DNA of 43,570 bases from Candidatus Woesebacteria bacterium RIFCSPLOWO2_01_FULL_39_10 (GTDB taxonomy: Bacteria; Patescibacteriota; Microgenomatia; UBA8517): positions 85,877-129,446 of the forward strand of contig MGHC01000037.1 in assembly GCA_001793015.1 (NCBI GenBank). Reading direction: 5' to 3'. Below, in pieces: positions 36,909-43,570 of the stretch (within the stretch, counting starts at the first letter, position 1; the number at the start of each line of letters is the position of its first letter). Below the pieces are notes generated by a model. The model saw nothing but the letters and a program-made list of their open reading frames with translations, searched no databases and was not told the DNA's origin. The translations under genes and the position numbers were made by a program.

Positions 36909-37997
36909 TTAATTTGACTTCTCAGATTCTTGGTAGACTTTCAGAGTTTCTCTTGCTGTTTTTTCCCAAGAAAATTTTTTTATCTGTGAAATACCTTTCT
37001 TAATTAAAGTATTTTTAATATTCAATGCTTTCCTTATTCCTTCAGTTATCGATTCAACGTTATAAGGATCTACCAAAACCGCTCCATTTCCTGCAACTTC
37101 CTTCATGCTTCCAAAGTCAGATGTCACAATAGGTGTTTTACAGGCGAAAGCTTCCAGAATTGGAAGGCCAAATCCTTCATATAAAGAAGGGTACGTAAAC
37201 GCTTCAGCTCCTGAATATAGTATTGGCATTTCTATTTGAGAGACGTGGCCTAAATATATGACACCTCTTTCTTGACCAGTATCAACATATTTATGACCAA
37301 CTATCACAAGCTTCATACCAGTTTCGGCTTTAATTTTCTCAAATGATCTAATAAGCCTCTCTGTGTTTTTTCTTGGACCTATTCCAACACTTAAAAGATA
37401 TTTGCCGGAAATTCTGTACTTTCTTTTTAGTCTTTCAACATCAACCATTTTTGCGGATTTGAAAATCGGGTCTGCTGCTTCTGGAATTACACGAATTTTT
37501 TCTGCATCTACTCCAAGTTTCACTGAATCCGTCATAGTTGTTTTTGAGGGCACAATCACTCTGTCTACCTCTTTGATTATCCACTTCATCCTCGCCGAAT
37601 GAGCCGAAACTATCCTAGGATGAGAAAGTTTTGGATATTTTAGTGGTACTAGATCATGGATTGTCGTTACGTTGAAAGCATTTGATGGTGGTTGAGTCCA
37701 ATCGGAAGAATGAAATACGTCGACACCTCCAATTAATTTTTCGATGTTAATAATATGAAGTTTATTCCAAATAAAATCTGCTAAAGTCGGGGGAATGGGA
37801 AAAACCTTACTTTGCATTCTTTCACCCTTAAAACTGGATAGAAACGTTGTTAACTCGTATCTCCTGCGTAGTGAACCTCCAAATAAGATAAAGCTGTCTC
37901 TCTTATCAATCTTATGTAAGGTTTCTACCAAATTCCTCGTGTAGACCGATACGCCTGTTCCGTAAATTATGGAAGAAATATCTATTGCAACCTTCAT
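36909..37997 (-). CDS. Glycosyltransferase family 4
   Basis: TGVSVY, TTIHDL, PRKN, PSLYEGFGLPILEA. Confidence 0.93.
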   Translation of the reverse strand: MKVAIDISSIIYGTGVSVYTRNLVETLHKIDKRDSFILFGGSLRRRYELTTFLSSFKGERMQSKVFPIPPTLADFIWNKLHIINIEKLIGGVDVFHSSDWTQPPSNAFNVTTIHDLVPLKYPKLSHPRIVSAHSARMKWIIKEVDRVIVPSKTTMTDSVKLGVDAEKIRVIPEAADPIFKSAKMVDVERLKRKYRISGKYLLSVGIGPRKNTERLIRSFEKIKAETGMKLVIVGHKYVDTGQERGVIYLGHVSQIEMPILYSGAEAFTYPSLYEGFGLPILEAFACKTPIVTSDFGSMKEVAGNGAVLVDPYNVESITEGIRKALNIKNTLIKKGISQIKKFSWEKTARETLKVYQESEKSN

Positions 37998-38000
37998 GTA

Positions 38001-39389
38001 TTAATTTCGTAACATTATTTCTATCCCTTCGACATTATCAACTACTTTATAGTACCTTTCGATATACAAATTAATTTTTGGCATGTACTCAACCAAATTC
38101 ATTCCTTGAACTTCAGATTTTTTATCTCTAATCACAACTTTGGGCGGATCAATAATTATACCTTGTAAAATTTTCTTTTCAGCCTCAACCATAAACCAAG
38201 GGAATTGAAACACAAATAATCTTCCGGGTGGTAACGTATCTGTTAAAAAATAAAGGTGGAAGGTTGTACCGAAAGCAAAAACCGTATCACGCCCGTTTGC
38301 ATATTCTCTAACTTTTTCAGCAATCCTATTTTCGTAATCACCAAAGAAGAAAGTCCTTTTGTTACTTGCCCACCTATAAAAGGGTATTAAGAGATATAAA
38401 GAAAATAGTAAATATAATATCAATGAGATGTAAACAACTCTTTTCGGGATTAGAGTGATTATTTGAACAATAAATAACGGAAGAAAGACAAGAACCGGTT
38501 GCAGGTGAACGAAATCAAAGCGGGCATAAATAAATGCCAGACTTCCACTGAAGAATAGTATTAAAAGCAAAAATTTTTCATCTATTTTTTTTCTCCAAAA
38601 GTTAATTAAAACTAATAAAAAGGCTGGCCCGAAAACCCAACCGGCTTTAACTAGATCAAATAGCGAGGGAAACTTTCTCCCCATCTCAGCAAAAGTAGTG
38701 ACATTAAATGTTACAGTCCAATAGAAGAAATCCTTTACGACTCCGATCTTAAAGAAATAGACAAACATAAGTGTAAGCGGCAACATAAAACCTATAACAA
38801 AATATTGTGAAAACTTATACATTTTCTTAATCAAAAAATATATAAAAAGAAAAAGAAATAGGGGTGCTGTGGTCTGTTTAAAAACCGTGGCCAAACCTAG
38901 GATTAATCCCGTAATGATTCCCAAAGCTGGAGATCTGATGTAATCTTTTTTTAATAATAAATAGAATGCGGAAAGAAAAAATATTGGCATGAAAGAATCA
39001 ATCCACAGTACATATCCTTCAAGAAATGGATGCCAAAGAAAATAAACTAGGTTGGATAATATTGCTTTGATATTCGAGCCAAAATATTTACGAGCAACTA
39101 CAAAGAGGAGCATATGATTAACAGCAACAATTAGGAGGTGTAGAACAAAAGAAGCTTGGGAACTTTTCATACCAAGAGTAAAAAGATTTATGGGAAAAAA
39201 CATAAGGCCAGGAAAGTGTTGATCAAAAATCTGTTTGTAAGGTAATAACCCTTTACTAACTAAGTAAGGATAGACAAATAATTCCGGATATGGGAAAAAT
39301 ACAATATTTGTAAGCACCAACAAATGTGCTGAAATTACAGATAATAGGGCAATCGCTATTACTTTTTCTGAAGTGAAAATTCTTCTCAT
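38001..39389 (-). CDS. GT-C fold membrane glycosyltransferase-like protein
   Basis: Multi-TM; GLLPYKQIFDQHFPG periplasmic motif, FKQ. Confidence 0.78.
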   Translation of the reverse strand: MRRIFTSEKVIAIALLSVISAHLLVLTNIVFFPYPELFVYPYLVSKGLLPYKQIFDQHFPGLMFFPINLFTLGMKSSQASFVLHLLIVAVNHMLLFVVARKYFGSNIKAILSNLVYFLWHPFLEGYVLWIDSFMPIFFLSAFYLLLKKDYIRSPALGIITGLILGLATVFKQTTAPLFLFLFIYFLIKKMYKFSQYFVIGFMLPLTLMFVYFFKIGVVKDFFYWTVTFNVTTFAEMGRKFPSLFDLVKAGWVFGPAFLLVLINFWRKKIDEKFLLLILFFSGSLAFIYARFDFVHLQPVLVFLPLFIVQIITLIPKRVVYISLILYLLFSLYLLIPFYRWASNKRTFFFGDYENRIAEKVREYANGRDTVFAFGTTFHLYFLTDTLPPGRLFVFQFPWFMVEAEKKILQGIIIDPPKVVIRDKKSEVQGMNLVEYMPKINLYIERYYKVVDNVEGIEIMLRN

Positions 39390-39435
39390 TTTATATCAAA
39401 TGAACTATGGCCACTCGCCGAAAATAAAAAATATT

Positions 39436-40800
39436 TTATATAGATTTAACCCAATATCTCACTTGTCCCACTCCTCTAAAGTTATAAACTTGAATATCTT
39501 TGTATCCATAGTCCTTTAATACTTGGTAAATCTTGCGATTCGGATCCGATAAATCCATTAAATAATCTAGTGAATAAAAAGAGTTCGAATCAATTACGGA
39601 CGACTCTCCAAATCTTAATATTATATCCCCCCGCTTCGCGTACCAAAGATATGGTGTAAATGCCCCTAGGTGAGATGCGTAAACTTTTTCTTCGCCTTCA
39701 ATTCTTGATTCAATAAAAGAAACAAGGCCTTTCCAATCCTCTCTCCAATAATTACTATTGAATAAATAAATTGAAGTAAACACCAGATTTGTTGTAAATA
39801 TTAGGCCTACTAAGAGCTTAGTAAATTTTGATTTAGATATTCCATAAGCAATAAGTAAATAAAAGGCAGGGATTAAGAATAAAAGGCGAAAGTAGGAAAA
39901 ACCTGGAATAAAAATTGAACCAATAAAGGAAACTGCAAGTGGAACAATAAACCAAAACCATAAAAATATTACTTTTTTTCTATATTTGAAAGCTAAGACG
40001 AAAGCCATTCCAAAGATAATACTTAAGAAAGATGCAACAAGTGAGTAATGAAGTTTATTCGCAAAACTCATTCTTCCAATGATAAATTTCACCCAAACCA
40101 AAGCTAACTCTTTTAAGTTACCCGAACCTAAGACTTGTTTCCATTCCGAATTTTGCTCAACATAAATTGAGGTCCATTTAATTTGGTGAAAAAAGTAAGG
40201 TAACCAGAGCGAGAAAAATAAAATCAGAGGAATATGCGCTTTCGCAAAATCAAATAACGAATATTTATCTTTAGTTACAATCAGATAAAACCACAGTGGA
40301 ATAAGAATAAAAAGCGGTAGATAATCAATCATCCCGACTAAAAGAATTGCTAGGGAAAGCAGAAACCACTTCTTCTTAAGAAAGAAGTAAACGACTAAAG
40401 AAACCGCAAGCGTAGAAAATGAATACATTCTTGCCTCCTGTGAATAATATATGTGTAAAGGAGCAGTAGACATAAAGAGAGCTGAAAGAGTCCCAACCTT
40501 TTTCCCTGCTAACACTTTTCCGATTTTATAAGTAAGGTATACTGTCAGAACACCGAAAATAACTGAAGGCATCCGTAAAGACGCCTCAGAAAATCCAAAA
40601 ACTAAAGACCAAGCTCGCAGAACAAGGTAGTATAGTGGCGGGTGGGTATCGCTTAATGAAAATTGTGTAATAATTCTAAAAAAAGACAAGTCTCTTGCAA
40701 AAGTTGCCGAGATTGTTTCGTCTAACCAAAGCGACTGACTAATGTTAATCAGTCTAAGTAGCAATGCAATTAAAAGAATTAAGAAAATAGCTTTTTTCAT
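39436..40800 (-). CDS. GT-C fold membrane glycosyltransferase (GT39/PMT_2-like)
   Basis: LRLINISQSLWLDE, DTHPPLYY, LRMPS, YYSQEARMY, REDW. Start ATG 40800 overlaps the upstream TAA (TAATG). Confidence 0.87.
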   Translation of the reverse strand: MKKAIFLILLIALLLRLINISQSLWLDETISATFARDLSFFRIITQFSLSDTHPPLYYLVLRAWSLVFGFSEASLRMPSVIFGVLTVYLTYKIGKVLAGKKVGTLSALFMSTAPLHIYYSQEARMYSFSTLAVSLVVYFFLKKKWFLLSLAILLVGMIDYLPLFILIPLWFYLIVTKDKYSLFDFAKAHIPLILFFSLWLPYFFHQIKWTSIYVEQNSEWKQVLGSGNLKELALVWVKFIIGRMSFANKLHYSLVASFLSIIFGMAFVLAFKYRKKVIFLWFWFIVPLAVSFIGSIFIPGFSYFRLLFLIPAFYLLIAYGISKSKFTKLLVGLIFTTNLVFTSIYLFNSNYWREDWKGLVSFIESRIEGEEKVYASHLGAFTPYLWYAKRGDIILRFGESSVIDSNSFYSLDYLMDLSDPNRKIYQVLKDYGYKDIQVYNFRGVGQVRYWVKSI

Positions 40801-41558
40801 TATTTGTTTGTTTTCTCCCAAATTTTTACCCAAACAGAAATTTTGTAAACCATCAGAAGATAGGTAAGAATGAAGCCACGCCATCCGTCAAGAAATCCTT
40901 TATGTTTTATATACTTTGCCAAAAATATTCTTGATGGCCACCAAATCAAGTTAATTATTGACGGCTTTTTTTTATTATCTACGTGGTTTTGGGCCTCATA
41001 ATTCGAATATCTGTTTTGACGCTCTTGAAACTCACTTACAGTATCGTAAGGAAAATGAATTATAGCCAGCTTTTCTTTAGTGAATACTTCACATATTTCT
41101 CCTTTAACCTTTGGGTACAGGTGAATGTCTTTAGTCCAAGAAACTTTTCCCTTCTGGAAAAATCTTATCTGTTTATCAGGCCACCAGTTGGTGTGACTAA
41201 TCCACTTACCAAAAATAATATTTTTCCTTGGGATATTAACGGCGGCATATCGAGTATTCCTGGAAATCTTTAAAAGCTCCTCTTTTAACTTGGTAGATAA
41301 TCTCTCGTCCGGATCTAACATCATAATCCATTCTCCAGTAGCAACATCAACCATTTGATTTCTGATTAGCTCAACATATGGGGAAGGTTTTATATCGATA
41401 ACTCTTGCTCCAAACTTTTTTGCAACTCCATTTAAGTTTTTGTCTAACCGAGACATGTTAAAAATAATTATTTCTGAAGCAAAATCTTTTAAAGAACTAA
41501 GACAATCTTTCAGTTTGTCACTTTCATTAAAGGAAGCAATTACTACAGATGTTTTCAT
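40800..41558 (-). CDS. Glycosyltransferase family 2 (beta-1,4-glucosyltransferase/WaaE-like)
   Basis: SVVIASFNE, RN, WIMMLDPDER, WWPDKQIRFF, GFLDGWRG. Confidence 0.9.
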   Translation of the reverse strand: MKTSVVIASFNESDKLKDCLSSLKDFASEIIIFNMSRLDKNLNGVAKKFGARVIDIKPSPYVELIRNQMVDVATGEWIMMLDPDERLSTKLKEELLKISRNTRYAAVNIPRKNIIFGKWISHTNWWPDKQIRFFQKGKVSWTKDIHLYPKVKGEICEVFTKEKLAIIHFPYDTVSEFQERQNRYSNYEAQNHVDNKKKPSIINLIWWPSRIFLAKYIKHKGFLDGWRGFILTYLLMVYKISVWVKIWEKTNK

Positions 41559-42574
41559 TTTAGAATTAGACTCTTAAATAATACTTCATACTGCAGTGCA
41601 ACTTTATCCCAAGAAAACTTTTCAGCTTGTTTTCGTGGTTTATTCTCCCAATCGGTTCTAAGGGCTCTTTCCAAAGCTTTGGCATAACTTTCAGAATCTT
41701 CAGGGTTAACAAAAATACCGGCATCTCCGACTATTTCTTTCCTAAGAGGATCATTATTAACCACAACTGGAAGGTTCGTCGATAGAGCTTCTATAATGGC
41801 TATTTCGAAAGAATAAAATGGTTCGGAAACAAGGGTAAAAAGATTCCCACACCTATACGCCTTGGGCATCTCTTCGAAGGGAAGTTTTAATATGGCAAAC
41901 CTATCAGGAAGAAGTAACTGACCAAGATCCTCTAAATCTTTTCTCAGCTCTCCGTCCCCAACAACAAGAAGACTTACGTTTCTCAATCTCGAAACTGCTT
42001 CGATGGTCAGATTAATTCTTTTTGTTTGAGTTAATGCTCCAACGGTTATTATAATCGGTTTTTTTAGCTTCAGTTTCATTTTAGATCCTTCTGGGGAAAA
42101 ATTTTTAATATCAACTCCGTTTGGTATATATATTGTCGCTACAAAGGGATTAATTTTTTTAGCCCATGTTTTGGCGTAAGAAGAAAGTGCTACAAAGTAA
42201 TCAGGAAAGCACCAAAGATTATTTTTATCGTCCCAACCAATTCCAGATTGCCCTGCAATAATCATCTTTCCCCCATACAGCCAAGTCAGAATTCTCAAAA
42301 GTGCGGGTTGCCATCCGCCATTTATAGGTATAACAACATCAAATTTATTCTTCCATAAATAAGACAATTTCTTGAGTGTGAAAAAGAGAATCTGTAATCC
42401 TTTTGGATCGAGAAAAACCCTCCAAATGACCGGCCAGTTTGATTCATGATAAGAATCTCCGGATATAACTTCGACAGTATTTTTCTGAGATAGTCTTTTT
42501 GATAGTTCTTGCACAAAAGTCTCTGCACCTCTTGAGACATTCTCCTGATAAGCGTTTAAGATTGCAATCTTCAT
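41555..42574 (-). CDS. Glycosyltransferase family 4
   Basis: RGAETF, IPNGVD, VGDGELR, FEIAIIEALSTNLPVV, FSWD. Confidence 0.9.
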   Translation of the reverse strand: MKIAILNAYQENVSRGAETFVQELSKRLSQKNTVEVISGDSYHESNWPVIWRVFLDPKGLQILFFTLKKLSYLWKNKFDVVIPINGGWQPALLRILTWLYGGKMIIAGQSGIGWDDKNNLWCFPDYFVALSSYAKTWAKKINPFVATIYIPNGVDIKNFSPEGSKMKLKLKKPIIITVGALTQTKRINLTIEAVSRLRNVSLLVVGDGELRKDLEDLGQLLLPDRFAILKLPFEEMPKAYRCGNLFTLVSEPFYSFEIAIIEALSTNLPVVVNNDPLRKEIVGDAGIFVNPEDSESYAKALERALRTDWENKPRKQAEKFSWDKVALQYEVLFKSLILK

Positions 42575-42601
42575 ATTTACATTCCCAATATTCCAACAGA
42601 A

Positions 42602-42698
42602 TAAACAACCATTGCCTAAGAGGCCATGGTTTTCTAAAGAAAAGTTTGTTCACTGCTTCGCTTCAGCCACGCGCTAAGAGCACGTGGTTTTCGCGAAG
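42602..42698 (-). mobile_element. Probable non-autonomous IS200/IS605-like miniature element (paired end hairpins)
   Basis: Minus strand: AAAACCACGTGCT-CTT-AGCGCGTGGCTGAA ... AAAACCATGGCCT-CTT-AGGCAATGGTTGTTTA. Two related hairpins with the same loop, no ORF needed, in the largest intergenic gap of the glycan locus. Confidence 0.65.
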
Positions 42699-42740
42699 TT
42701 TGAATAAAGTTCTGAAATTGATTAGTTTTGAATATTTGGA

Positions 42741-43445
42741 TTAATTTATAAATCTATATTTTATTAATGTCCAGACTGCGATAAAACCGTCCTTCCAAGT
42801 TATTTTTTTACCCTCATCATAACCCCTTGGTTTGACTTTTATAGGAATTTCATAGATTTTGTAACCATTCTTTAATATTTTCGCTGTTATCTCGGGTTCA
42901 AAATCAAATCTGTTGGCTCTCAATTTTAGATCTTTAACTACACCTTTCTTGAAAACTTTATAGCATGTCTCCATATCCGATAAATCTGTTCGATATAGCA
43001 TTCTAGTCACTAAACTTAAGAATTTATTTCCCAAATAGTGAGTTATAAGTGGGGTTTTCCTGGTTCCTCTGATTCTAAGGGGGTAATTTTTTAATCTGGA
43101 CCCATACACAACATCTGTAAAACCGTCCACAATTGGACGTATTAGTCTTGTATAGTCCTCGGGATCATATTCCAAGTCGGCATCTTGTATAAGAATTATG
43201 TCGCCAGAGGCTTTTTTAAAACCAGTAGTTATCGCGGCGCCTTTTCCTAAGTTTTTTTTATGATTTAAAACTATAATACCTTTAATGTTTTGTAATTTCT
43301 CGCTGGTTTTATCTAATGAAGCGTCGTTAACTACAACAATTTCCTTCAAGAAATCCTTTCGGAGCTTAACTTTTTTAACTCTTCTAATAATTTCAGAAAT
43401 TGTTTTTTCCTCGTTATAAACGGGAATAATTATAGAAAGGATCAT
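42741..43445 (-). CDS. Glycosyltransferase family 2 (DPM1-like polyprenol-phosphate glycosyltransferase)
   Basis: IIPVYNEE, VNDASLD, NLGKGAA, IQDADLEYDP, VYGSR, DMETCYK, FDFEPEIT, EGKKITWKDG. Confidence 0.93.
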   Translation of the reverse strand: MILSIIIPVYNEEKTISEIIRRVKKVKLRKDFLKEIVVVNDASLDKTSEKLQNIKGIIVLNHKKNLGKGAAITTGFKKASGDIILIQDADLEYDPEDYTRLIRPIVDGFTDVVYGSRLKNYPLRIRGTRKTPLITHYLGNKFLSLVTRMLYRTDLSDMETCYKVFKKGVVKDLKLRANRFDFEPEITAKILKNGYKIYEIPIKVKPRGYDEGKKITWKDGFIAVWTLIKYRFIN

Positions 43446-43446
43446 A

Positions 43447-43569
43447 TTACTTTTGAGCTATAGCCAACACGGATAAGCCAATGGGAGGAGAAAAATATTT
43501 CTCCGGCCAAAGCATATACCTTCCCAGACGATTAAATATCCCAACCTCATCTTTCGGCATTTGTTTCCA
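43447..43569 (-). CDS. C-terminal fragment of an upstream gene, probably a class I SAM-dependent methyltransferase
   Basis: Hand translation WKQMPKDEVGIFNRLGRYMLWPEKYFSPPIGLSVLAIAQK*. The PPxGxSxxAxAxK tail is typical of glycan-locus methyltransferases, but only 40 codons are visible. Confidence 0.55.
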   Translation of the reverse strand, partial: WKQMPKDEVGIFNRLGRYMLWPEKYFSPPIGLSVLAIAQK

Positions 43570-43570
43570 A

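Noticed and set aside
39387..39400. TGATATAAA directly before the ATG at 39389 as a leaderless promoter
   Set aside because: The box abuts the start codon with no 6-7-nt spacing, so it cannot yield a transcript including this ATG.
1303..41273. The many other 60-116-aa ORFs nested in or antisense to long genes
   Set aside because: Expected shadow ORFs; none shows a motif, its own start signals or free intergenic space.
42322..42744. Short ORFs 42322-42540, 42444-42653 and 42499-42744
   Set aside because: They overlap the GT4 gene and the hairpin element, with no recognisable protein features.

Overview
AT-rich, gene-dense bacterial window with nearly all genes on the minus strand. Gene content and style (short RecO, alpha2 GlyRS, DUF4012, DUF2130, TM-anchored MurF-like ligase, scarce Shine-Dalgarno sites) suggest a Patescibacteria/CPR genome, probably Microgenomates; this is inference. 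Left part (1-14.3 kb): a rearranged dcw/peptidoglycan cluster (mraZ-rsmH-ftsL-ftsI-murA-murE-murC-murB-murD), an opposite-strand fold-IV aminotransferase (probable D-amino-acid transaminase), and an alpha/beta-hydrolase-murF-DegT unit. Middle: glyQS, EamA, DUF2130, recO. Right part (19-43.5 kb): a large surface-glycan locus (DUF4012, priming phosphoglycosyl transferase, ManC, 6 GT4, 4 GT2, 3 GT-C, O-antigen-ligase-like protein, acyltransferase). Two features stand out. (1) A four-gene module inside the glycan locus is built from split PEP-utiliser/dikinase parts: a degenerate nucleotidyltransferase fused to a phospho-His swivel domain, a membrane-anchored central domain with a 1-nt frameshift, a stand-alone His swivel domain and a Nudix hydrolase, with no ATP-grasp domain in the window. 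(2) Many short GC-rich hairpin elements are inserted in frame within genes (rsmH x3, murE, glyQS, two GT4s), including a 3 x 30-bp array whose stems co-vary. There is also an intergenic ~100-bp IS200/IS605-like miniature element. No rRNA, tRNA, CRISPR array or transposase was seen.
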